DNA of 64,000 nucleotides from contig CBFDEM010000063.1 of the NCBI GenBank assembly GCA_965603825.1, positions 124,001 to 188,000 of the forward strand. The letters are read 5' to 3'. Below are positions 48,032 through 58,300 of the stretch, one piece after another. Origin of the DNA: Blepharisma stoltei ATCC 30299. Lineage: Eukaryota > Protista > Ciliophora. The notes under the pieces are model-generated. The model searched no databases, was not told the origin of the DNA, and worked only from the letters and a program-made list of their open reading frames with translations. How positions within the stretch are numbered: the first letter of the stretch is position 1; every line of letters begins with the position of its first letter. The position numbers and the translations under genes were made by a program.

Positions 48032-48341
48032 TCAAGATTTATATATTAATTTATTGAATTTTGTTTTATTAAATAGGCTAAATAATTAAGAGGAAACTAA
48101 ATTCTCAAAATTACTGCACCTTAAACATTAAATTAAATTGTTTAGTCACATTTAAGCCTTAATTTTTTTTAAAATTAGGTACAATTCCTTCCATTTTCTC
48201 CAAGTCTATTTCATCATATTATTTATAATTCTCAAAGAAATTAGGCTAGCATCATAAATTTACCTCCTAAAATGCGATTTTAGCTCAATAATAAAATAAA
48301 TTTATGAATAAAACTAGAGATGGCCGGCGTTTAAAGTAAAA

Positions 48342-49424
48342 ATGGATCTCCTGCTAGTCTTCCAAGCTTGCCTTTTAGGCATGATTCCCCTAGTTTTAAT
48401 CACTTTATCAGGCACATACTTAGCATATCATAAAATTTTTGATCACGAGTCAAACCGACTTATTTCAAGAAGCTGCACTCAATTCTTTTTTGTGATTTTT
48501 GGATTTGTGACAAACTTAAAAGTCGTTGAATTTGATGATTTAGCAGAAATTTGGCCAATTTTTACCATTCCTATCTTTTATACTTGCATTTCTATATCTC
48601 TCTCACTTTTCTTTTTGCCTTTATTAAAGCCATCGGCCCATTATAGATTCTTGACTATTTGTGTATTGTCTCTCCCTAATGCAGGAAATGTAAGCATTCT
48701 GATTATCAGAGGAATCTGCTCTTCTTATGGACCTTTATCTGATGACTCTAATTGCGATAAATCTCTTGGCTATGTATCTTTATGTCTCACTTTGGGAAAT
48801 ATTTTTACTTTAGCGATGTGTCCTGCATTTCTCAGTCTTGATGCAAGACACAAAGAAAAATCAGCAGAAGAACTGACTGGTGATCAAGAAATCACTGAAG
48901 AAATTTCTGTCAAAAAACTTATTATTGGTGGCTTATTTTCAAGAATCCCTATATTTTACGTCCTTGGAGTGGTTGCTGCACTAATTCCAGGAATTAAGTG
49001 GCTTTTTGTCTACGATGACTCTCCACTTTTAGCTATTTATGATTCGTTATTTACTCTAGGATATTGTGGTGTGATACTATCACAATTAATAGTAGGCAGT
49101 AACATTTATTTATTCAAACCTACAGATAAACACATAAGTATACAGTTTTTAGTAATAAGCTCTATTATGAAAAACGTATTTTATACTGCGATTTGGCTGT
49201 ATTTAACAGTTTTACTATGAAATTTAGGGGTCTTTGGAGGCAATAGAGTCATCGCCTATGTAGTTTTCATAGCCCAGTCTTCTCCTGTAGCGACACTAGT
49301 GGTGCTGCTTTGTCAAGTGCTAAAAACTGGCATAAAAGAAATTACTGTTATTTTGATATGGCATTATCTATCAGCGCCTTTATTTTTAATGCTGTATTCA
49401 TATGCATTCTTTATTTATATCTAA
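48342..49424 (+). CDS. PILS/AEC-like transporter, copy 3 (360 aa)
   Basis: Collinear with copy 2; TGA=Trp at 49218; ends TAA. Confidence 0.85.
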
Positions 49425-49480
49425 TAAATATCTAATGATAAATTTGGTTTATCTTCAATTAGTTATCTTAGTTATTTAAA

Positions 49481-51346
49481 ATGGCAAGAAGAGCATTTAT
49501 ATCAAGACATATTGTTTTATCTGAAGAAAACAAACCTGTTTTTGGGGCAATTTTAATTGAGGGAGAAACAATCAGTGAAGTAAGAAAATTCGATAAATTA
49601 AAGAAAATTGAAAACGCTTTGCAAGAACTTCAAGACTGGGATCCCAAAGTCTATGAAGATGCATATATTTTCCCAGGGATTGTAGATTGTAATGCCAAAA
49701 CTAATGGGGATTGAGAAGGAAGGTCATTTTTGACCCAAGCAGCTGTCTCTGGTGGAATAACCACTGTTGTCATTGAGCCAAGTCTCTGGCAGCAGCCTGA
49801 GCCTCAAACGGAAAATTACTGTGATTATGGAGAGGTTGGACTGATAAATGGAGACTCTGTTTCAATTGATGGAGTTTTGGCTATCAAAGGATACCTTTAT
49901 AAGCCAACTCGCTATGTAGAAGAAATCCAGAACCTTGAAGGCTTGCTTTCAGAAGCTGCCAAATCAGATATGCCAGTCATAATTGATCCATCTCTTCCAA
50001 ATCCTAGGATGTTATTCATGGCATCGCCATGTAGAGCCTTGTCTCTTCAAAGAAGAAGCGAAATTGATGATCTTTCGGATATGCAACACTTTGCTGGGGC
50101 TTTTCCAGAAAATGTAATTGACTCGGGAGAAAATTCTCCTGTAGAGGCTGAGGTAGAAAATGACTCAGGGTTAGAGAAAAGGCTTTCGCTGAGAGACATA
50201 AAAAAGTCAGAAATAGTGAGAACGCAGAATCATAGAATTAGTTTGATATCTGATGCGAATATTGTTGAACATAATGATGGAGAGAATAAATTGGTAAGTA
50301 TTCGCAAAAAGTACCATAGAAAAAATCTGTCTGATATTTATCAAGACTTAGATAAGAGAATTAAAGAGTCGCAAGACAACATAGAACACTTAAGCAGAGC
50401 TGAGATTTCTTTATACTCAGAAGCAGGGACCACATCTGGAGACAGCTTAAATTCTCCCCAACTTCAGTCAAATTTCCCAGCAGCTCACTCATACCCTGAC
50501 ATGGCAGCTATAAAACCGCCTCCCTCTCTCCAAGAGCGCAGAAAAATGCGGCCCGCCACTCTTAACGTAACAAAGCAAAAACCAAAAGAAGAGTCTTTAT
50601 ACGTTAGATACCTCGCAAACTGTCCAGATTGCTGAGAAACAGCCGGCGTTGAAAGAATATTAAGAGCCATGGAAGGTATCAAGCACCGAGTCCACATTTC
50701 TAGCTTATCATCTGCAAGAAGCGTAAACTTAGTCCGTCAATTTAAAGAAACCTCAAAGTCCATTACCTGTGACACGACTTCTTATTTTTTATATTTCACC
50801 GACGTAGATATACAGAATGGGGATACACGATTTAAAGCCCATCCTCCAATTAGAAGCAATCTAAATTGCAATTTATTATGGGATTTACTTAAAATGAAAG
50901 CAATAGATATGGTTTCTTCAGCTCATAGCCCGATTCTTCCAATGTATAAGTTTTTAAATTTTGGAGATTTTCGAAGGGCTTTGAGCGGTATCAATTCTAT
51001 GGGATTTGCACTACAAGTACTATGGACAAAACTAAGGCAGCCAGTCTTATCAGCATCTAGTCTTGAGCATTATATTGTGAGGCTTTCTAAATGGCTTTCA
51101 TTACACCCTGCGAAATTTTTCAAAATTGACAGTTTTAAAGGCTCAATTTCGCCTGGAAAGCATGCAGATCTTGTTATATGGAAACCACACGAAACTGTGA
51201 TTGCTAAAAGCTACAGTAAGTTTCCTGATATGTGTGTGTTCAGAGGTAAAGAACTCTATGGGAAAATTGAAGAAGTATATGTGAGGGGTCAGCTGGCATT
51301 CCAAGGAAACAATTTTTATCCTGTCGGGAGGAAGATTGTCAGGTAA
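49481..51346 (+). CDS. Allantoinase/cyclic amidohydrolase-like protein with a long low-complexity insert (621 aa)
   Basis: PGIVD...W(TGA)EG....TQAAVSGGITTVV, VHISSLSS, DTRFKAHPPIRS, KGSISPGKHADLVIW; TGA at 49712 and 50633. Confidence 0.85.
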
Positions 51347-51378
51347 TTATTTAATTAACTAAGGTGATTAAAAGATAA

Positions 51379-52842
51379 ATGGGAAACTGCAGCAACAGCG
51401 CAAAACCTGATATCCCTCAGTCAGAAATTTCATACTCAGAAATCGCAATGCTGAAAATCAAAGAGCGTGACTATTCAGGACAAGTCATAAACCACGACAA
51501 AATAAAATTCAAATTGACATCTCCATGTCTCAACCAAACTGCCAAGTTCTTGCACATGCCTTATGCCTTTGACATCACAGGAACAGTTCTACCTGGGCTT
51601 GACCCTCGAGAACTTGTTGATAAGGAATGCCAAGACAACCTCTTTTTTGTGGAGAAAGAAAATACCCTCTTCGCTGCACTTTTTGACGGGCATGGCCAAG
51701 ATGGGTTTAAAGTCACCGAATTTTGCAAGAGGTTCATGAATCGGCAATTTAAAGAAAAATTCGAAGATTTTAAAGTGAAGCCTAAAGAAGCGATCAGCAA
51801 AATAATTGAGGAATGCGATGCATCGCTCAAAGCAAATGCTGGGGACGTAAATTATTTAATATCAGGGACCACTGCTGTTGTGCTGTTTATAGATGGAAAT
51901 AATATGTATGTAGGGAGTGTAGGGGATTCTCGGGCTATTTTGGGGACTATTCCTAAGTCTGATGATGAAGTGTCAAAAGCTATAAGAACACTTAAGCCTG
52001 TTCCTTATAAAACAGCGATTGAGCCAAGAAGGCTGCTAAAATCAATAGCTCTCACTGTCGATCAAAAGCCAAACCATCAAGAAGAACTCGAAAGGATTCA
52101 AAAATCAGGCGGAAAAGTCCAGCAGTTGACAGACGACAGAGGAATGAAAATAGGCCCATTTCGAGTGTGAAAAGGAAACGGAAATATCCCAGGCTTAGCA
52201 ATGTCAAGGTCAATAGGTGACGGAATTGCCAAAGACTGTGGAGTTATTTCTACTCCAATAGTCCACGATTTTCAGCTGTTTCCTGATAGAGACCAATTCA
52301 TAGTCATGGGCTCAGATGGGGTATGAGATGTTTTTGACAACCAAGAAGCCGTGAATTTTGTAGAGAAATACCGCTCAGAGTGTGTGAAAACTCCTGTCAG
52401 AGATAATTCGTATCCTATCAAAGTAACTCATATTTAGCCTGATAACTCAACTATATCTCAATTGTTAGGGGAAGAGGCAAGATATAGATGGTTTGGGGTC
52501 TGTGAGGACGAAGATGTGATGATTGATGATATTTCTGTGATTGTCATAGAAATAAGCACCTTAGTACCGATGTCAACGATTGATATGAGTGAAACTGAGG
52601 ATAGGAGGACTGTGAGGCTTAATAGCTTGGGAGATATACAAGACTCGAAGCCGATGGTAGCAAATATGCTGAGGGGAGATGCGGTAAGAGGAAGCTTTAT
52701 ACCAGCAAAGGACCCAAATGCAAAAAGGATAAGAATTGACCCGAAAAGAGGATCACATGCTGTTGTAGGGGGAGAAGAAGCTGAGGAAACTGAAGCTGTC
52801 ATCGATGTCCCATTTGTCGATGAAGAGCATAAACTGGATTAG
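51379..52842 (+). CDS. PP2C (PPM) protein phosphatase with MGNC acylation motif (482 aa)
   Basis: QD, LFDGHG, SGTT, VGDSR, RV-W(TGA), GLAMSRSIGD, SDGV-W(TGA)-D, DDISV; 15-nt intron at 52423-52437. Confidence 0.93.
52423..52437 (+). other. 15-nt spliceosomal intron
   Basis: GTAACTCATATTTAG, A at position 10; contains the in-frame TAG. Confidence 0.88.
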
Positions 52843-53112
52843 TTTATTAAGTTCAAAAAATTTAGAGAATGCTAAAAAATAAATATGGATTATTAATTTT
52901 TAAAATTCCCGAACAATAGCTAGAAGCATTTTAAAATAAAATTATTTTAGGTTGAGGTATCATTTGAATTATACTTGCACTTATATTGTTTAATAGAGAT
53001 ATTATCCTTAGCGATTAATTTGAATAATTTATCTAAGCATAAAGAATAATTTTATAGAAGCATAATTTATAAGGAGATGCATGCTTGTACAGCCTCTATT
53101 CAAGATCTAGTT

Positions 53113-53176
53113 AAAAAAGCTATTGCGCCAGGAGTGGAAATTCTAATATTTTGAAGTAACTCCTTAGCATTGAGCC
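53113..53176 (-). ncRNA. Vault-RNA-like small RNA, copy 1 (minimal form)
   Basis: GGCTCAATGCTAAGGAGTTACTTC-17 nt-ACTCCTGGCGCAATAGC-TTTTTT; upstream TATTTAA and ACCCATAA. Confidence 0.7.
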
Positions 53177-53197
53177 ATCTATATAATCCCTCCTGAC

Positions 53198-53237
53198 TTA
53201 AATATTTCAATAAAAATTATGGATTTCTATTATGGGT
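53198..53237 (-). promoter_or_regulatory. USE/PSE (ACCCATAA) + TATA-like box of RNA copy 1
   Basis: TATTTAA at -22..-28 and ACCCATA at -55..-61 from the predicted start at 53176. Confidence 0.65.
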
Positions 53238-53725
53238 GGATTTAATATATGAATAAAACTAATAATAAAGATTAAATTATTTGTCGGGCTTATGAAAATA
53301 TTTGCAGTTGTTTTCTGAATTAATAAAGAACAATTAGATTAAAATTAAAAAAATTATTAGTGTGATATAAAACATTGTTTGAGCACACGATTAATTATTA
53401 TGCATATATAAAGTGTCAAAGTTTATTAAATGGTTTTGGTCTGAAATATAATTCATAAGCATCTTTATTTTTAGCAGCTATAAAGTCTTTGGTCATTCAT
53501 TCCTATAGTAAAGTTCATAGTTAAAATTTTTATTAAAGCTGCGGATTGCAGCTTAGTCCAACAAAGGCATATTGCCTTTATGCAAGTTATAAGGTGCATA
53601 TTTTATTATTATTGAATGGCTATTGATGTTCTTATTCATTTTGTATAAATCCTAAAACATTAAATGAATGATTTCTTAAATCAGAAAGTTGTGATAATAA
53701 CTTCAACTCTTATTTGCTTTGCCAG

Positions 53726-53829
53726 AAAAAAATTATTGCGCCAGGAGTGAATCTAAGTCAACATGCTTGCGCCTGCATCGATAGAAACGCAATTCTGAAT
53801 AAATCGAAGTAACTCCTTAGCATTGAGCC
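53726..53829 (-). ncRNA. Vault-RNA-like small RNA, copy 2 (type A)
   Basis: Same conserved ends; variable middle with a GC-GCAA-GC hairpin; T7 terminator; upstream elements present. Confidence 0.75.
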
Positions 53830-53850
53830 ATCTTTATACTCTATAAATAT

Positions 53851-53890
53851 TTAAATATCAATACAAATATGATAAATTAATTTATGGGGT
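53851..53890 (-). promoter_or_regulatory. USE/PSE + TATA-like box of RNA copy 2
   Basis: TATTTAA at -22..-28; CCCCATA at -54..-60. Confidence 0.6.
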
Positions 53891-54063
53891 AAAAACTACA
53901 ATAAATTCTGCTAACGATAGCTAAACATTTTTAAATCGTAATTATAAATTTTATATTATTTAGCATGCTTATTATAAGGTGCTTATTTATTTGCTTATGC
54001 TAATTTATATTTTATAAAATAATTGGAAACTTGAAAGCATCTATATCAAAAGTTTTTTATTGT

Positions 54064-54163
54064 AAAAAGACCACTGCGCCAGGAGAAGTCTAGAGCAGGA
54101 TAGAACTCACGCCCAACCCTTCAGTAGATTCAATACAGGCGATATGAAGTAACTCCTTAAGCA
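54064..54163 (-). ncRNA. Vault-RNA-like small RNA, copy 3 (type B, 5'-truncated, probably inactive)
   Basis: AAGGAGTTACTTC...CTCCTGGCGCAGTGGTC-TTTTT retained; the 5' terminal strand and upstream elements are absent. Confidence 0.6.
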
Positions 54164-54441
54164 CTATATTTTTAGCTACTATAAAGTAAGCTGCATTTCA
54201 AGATATAATGATCTTTGGTCATTCTTTGCTTTAGTAAAGCCTGCAGTTAAAAATTGCTGCAGATTATAGCTTAGCTCAACAAAATATATTGCCTTTATGC
54301 AAGTTATAAGGTGCATACCTTATTACTATTGAATAGCAATTAATGTTCTTATTCATTTTGTCTAAATCCTAAAACATTAAATAAATTATTTCTTAAATTA
54401 GAAAGTTGTGAAAATAACTTTAACTCTATTTGTTTTGCCAG

Positions 54442-54540
54442 AAAAAAGCTATTGCGCCAGGAGTGGATCTAAGTCAACATGCTTGCGCCTGCTTCGATAG
54501 AAATTCATATGAAATTGAAGTAACTCCTTAGCATTGAGCC
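54442..54540 (-). ncRNA. Vault-RNA-like small RNA, copy 4 (type A)
   Basis: GGCTCAATGCTAAGGAGTTACTTC...ACTCCTGGCGCAATAGC-TTTTTT; upstream elements present. Confidence 0.78.
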
Positions 54541-54561
54541 ATCTTTATACTCTATAAATAT

Positions 54562-54599
54562 TTAAATATCAATAAAAATATGATAAATTAATTATGGGA
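54562..54599 (-). promoter_or_regulatory. USE/PSE + TATA-like box of RNA copy 4
   Basis: TATTTAA at -22..-28; TCCCATA at -53..-59. Confidence 0.6.
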
Positions 54600-54773
54600 T
54601 AAAAATTACAATAAATTCTGCCAACAATAGCTAAACATTTTTAAATCGTAATTATAAATTGTATATTATTTAGCATGCTAATTATAAGGTGCTTATTTAT
54701 TTGCTTATGCTAATTTATATTTTATAAAATAATTGGAAACTTGAAAGCATCTATATCAAAAGTTTTTTATTGT

Positions 54774-54877
54774 AAAAAAACCATTGCGCCAGGAGTATCT
54801 AAAGAAGGATAGAACTCACGCCCAACCCTTCAATAGGCATAATTCAAAGTTACGAAGTAACTCCTTAGCATGGGGTC
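54774..54877 (-). ncRNA. Vault-RNA-like small RNA, copy 5 (type B)
   Basis: GACCCCATGCTAAGGAGTTACTTCG...ACTCCTGGCGCAATGG-TTTTTTT; compensatory terminal stem; upstream TGACCCATAA. Confidence 0.78.
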
Positions 54878-54898
54878 ATCATTATAATCCCTATTTAT

Positions 54899-54938
54899 TT
54901 AAATATCTAAGATGAATGATAATTTCACTTATGGGTCA
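54899..54938 (-). promoter_or_regulatory. USE/PSE (TGACCCATAA) + TATA-like box of RNA copy 5
   Basis: TATTTAA at -22..-28; TGACCCATA at -53..-61. Confidence 0.7.
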
Positions 54939-55377
54939 AAACTTGAAAATTTATAAATTTATGGTTAAGCAAAAATGGATTTGTCATCTCGCTTATTCTT
55001 ATTTCCTCCCTATATTAAAATATTCTATATAAATATTGATATAAATCTTTCACAGATTTTGCTAAGCATATCATTTCGCTTTTCCTTATAAATGATAAGT
55101 ATAAAAAATTAAAATTTCCTATATCTCAAGGGATTATAAAGACTGACACATCATATTTTCTTATAAATTATAGATTATTTAACTTCTATGCCACCCTCTT
55201 AAACAATCAATTTTTTAAAAAAATACTGACTGCATTTCTGTATTAAAATTAGTTTTTATTTTGATTTTTCTAAATAAGACAGCATTTATTAATAAGAAGT
55301 GCTTCTTTTAATATATAAAAATGTGACATGAAAGGATTCTTTCATTTTTAAAGTAAATTGGAAAACGTATATTGGAA

Positions 55378-58300
55378 ATGTCTTTATATCACTTTAAAGC
55401 ACTAGTATACAAAAATTGAATACTTTGGTATCGAAGACCACTAGGATCATTCTGTGAGCTTTTTTTCCCTATACTTGTATTTATCGTTTTATATTGGGTA
55501 AGAACACAAGTGACTTCTGATGAATACGAAGCAGAAAGTTACCTTAATAACGCAACTTATGTATCCCCAACTCAAACAACATCAGTTTCCTTTGAATTCG
55601 AATCTTCTATACCATTTTTGCAATGCTTAGGATATGTTGCACAAGGAGAGGAGTGGATTGTCGGACTTGCACCACAAAACGAAATAACTGAATACATTGA
55701 AGACCAGCTTGGCGACTATTTAAGAAGAGTTGAGGTCAGGTATTTTGAAGATGACGATGCAATCGAAGATTATGTTAAAGACAGTGACTATGAGGACGGG
55801 CCAAAGCTTTGTTTTGCTGTCGTTTTTACAGAGTGAAGTGATAACTACGTGGAATATAAAATCAGATTCAACCAGACTGATTCAATACCTGATGACGGCT
55901 TTGCAATAGGCGATTACGTGGATATTTTTAATTTCAATGACAATGAAGCTACTAATGAGCGACAAAGAGAGCCAAAGCCTGAATTCCAAGCACAATTTTT
56001 TTCGACTGGGTTCATACAAATACAAAATTGGGTCGATAATTATTTATTGCAAAAATATACAGGAAGCACAAATTCATACATTGCAGCAGGATTCGTGCCA
56101 ATGTATTTTGATGAATGAATTGATGATGACTTTTTGGAGTATTTGGCAAATTTTTTGGCGTTTTTTATTATACTTAGCTTTGGAATTCCAGTTTGTAGGA
56201 TGGTGACACAAATAGTTGAAGAAAAGGAAACGAAAATTAAAGAAATGATGGTTATTATGGGGTTATCTGGGACTTCCTATTGGGCTGCTTGAATTTTATA
56301 TTACTTTTTCATATATTTAGCCATAGCAATTGGAGCAGCATATATCCTAAGTCGCAATTTCTACGAATATAGTGACATTTCTATCATTTTCATTACTTAT
56401 TTTTTACTTGGACTCTCTTGTATTTCCTTTAGTCTACTTCTGAGTATTTTTTTCTCAACTGTAAAAACAGCCCTTATTTTTAGCATCATGATCTTTTTTG
56501 CCACATTTTTCGCATATTTTGCAGTAGACGACCCTCTTATATCGACTTCTACAAAGTACTGAATTTCAATTATACCTTCTGTTGCTTTTTCATTAGGGAC
56601 ACAAATCATGGTTGAGCAAGAAAGAGGGTATATTGGTGTAACATATGATAACATCACTGAAGAGCTTTTCAATTATAAATACTCAGCTTGCATCATTTTT
56701 ATTGCTATCGACACAGTTGCTATATTTTTGCTGTTTTTATATCTTGAACAAGTATGGCCATCTGAGTATGGGGTCAAAAGACCATGGAATTTTTTATTCA
56801 AAAAAGAGTTTTGGGTTGAAATCCCTGTAGAAAGTAAAGATTTTGATGATAGGATTGAGAAAAACGAAAACACAGAAGAAGTTGATGCAATTCTTGAGGA
56901 GCAAAAAAACAAAGGAAAAGTTATGATGATCAGAAACCTCACAAAGAGCTATGATGGAGCGCTTGCAGTTGATAATTTAAGTCTTGATATATATGAAGGA
57001 CAAATTTTTGCATTGCTAGGGCATAATGGTGCTGGAAAAACAACAACGATTTCAATGCTAACAGGAATGATAAATGTTACTAGTGGAGATATGATGGTCA
57101 GAAATTTATTACTGTCGAAAGACCTCAAGAAAATTCGAAAGCTGTTGGGTGTTTGCCCACAGCAAAATATTCATTATCCAGAGCTAACTCCTGCTGAGCA
57201 TTTATACTTATTTTCTGTTTTTAAAGGAAAAACAAATAGCGATGAAATTAGTAAAGAAATCAATGAAAAATTGGAAGAAATCATGCTGGTTCCTCAAAAA
57301 GATGTCCAGGTAAAAACATTATCAGGTGGCCAAAAGAGAAAACTTTCTCTTGCAATTGCTTTAATAGGAGGCTCTCCAATTATTTTGCTAGATGAGCCTA
57401 CATCAGGAATGGACCTCAATGCCAGAAGGCATATGTGGGAAATGCTTAAAAACAACAAGCAAGAAAGAATAATTATTTTGACAACCCACTATATGCAAGA
57501 AGCAGACACTCTTGCAGACAGAATTGCAATTCTTTCTCATGGAAAGCTCAGATGCTGTGGAAGCTCATTATTTTTGAAAAATAAATTCGGAGTAGGGTAC
57601 TACTTGGTCCTTGTTAAGCAGTCTAATGTATACAGTCCACAGCATTCAAAATTAATCATTGATTTCGTAGAAAAATATATTCCAAACTCAAGACTAGTAA
57701 GTGATGTACAAGCAGAAATTTCATTTCAGTTACCATTGTCAAGCTCAGGACAGTTTAATGATTTTTTTCAAGCTTTGGATGAGAAAAAGACGGAATTAGA
57801 AATTAGGTCTTACTCTGTGTCTGTGACAACGCTAGAAGAAGTCTTTATAAATGTTACTGAAAAGACTCAAGAAATTAAAGAAAATGAAGAAAATCTTAAT
57901 GAGACAAGATTCCAGGAAGGTGAAAACGAACTTCTGGTGGAAAAACCTAAAGAAACGAGCACGCTTTTTATCAGACATTTCAAAGCTTTGTTGAAAAAAA
58001 GGATACTATGGAGCATGAGAGACTTCAAAACTTTTACTTTTGAAATTTTGATTCCAATGTCTTTAATCACAATTGGAATAATTTTTCTCTTGATTGCTGA
58101 TCGATATATTGACCAAGACCCTTGGGATTTAGTAATTGACCAGTATGATACCCCTCAAAATATCCTGTACCCAGACAATATAAATGACTATACTTCTCAG
58201 CTGATGTCCTCTTTAGACTCCATGGAAGATATTGACACTTCAGGCATCACAGCTGAAGATATTGAAGAATTCGACCTGCTGATATTTGAGAACCGAGAAG

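Larger units (their letters stand above)
53456..54870. repeat. Tandem duplication of a ~0.7 kb unit (about 53456-54157 and 54158-54870), each carrying a type A and a type B RNA gene
   Basis: Long near-identical blocks, e.g. attgcctttatgcaagttataaggtgcata at ~53571 and ~54288; 53920-54065 matches 54630-54775. Confidence 0.92.

Noticed and set aside
53113-54877. Conserved ends with variable middles as a CRISPR-like array or MITE family
   Set aside because: Eukaryotic context, units separated by 200-550 bp of AT-rich DNA, no cas genes, no terminal inverted repeats with target-site duplications. Strand-specific promoter elements and T-run terminators fit RNA genes.
53113-54877. The small RNAs as Y RNA, snoRNA, U6 or telomerase RNA
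   Set aside because: No GGUCCG/UUGAC Ro-binding helix, no C/D or H/ACA boxes and no ACAGAG. The CCCAACCC stretch is on the non-transcribed strand and only in type B, so it is not a telomere template.
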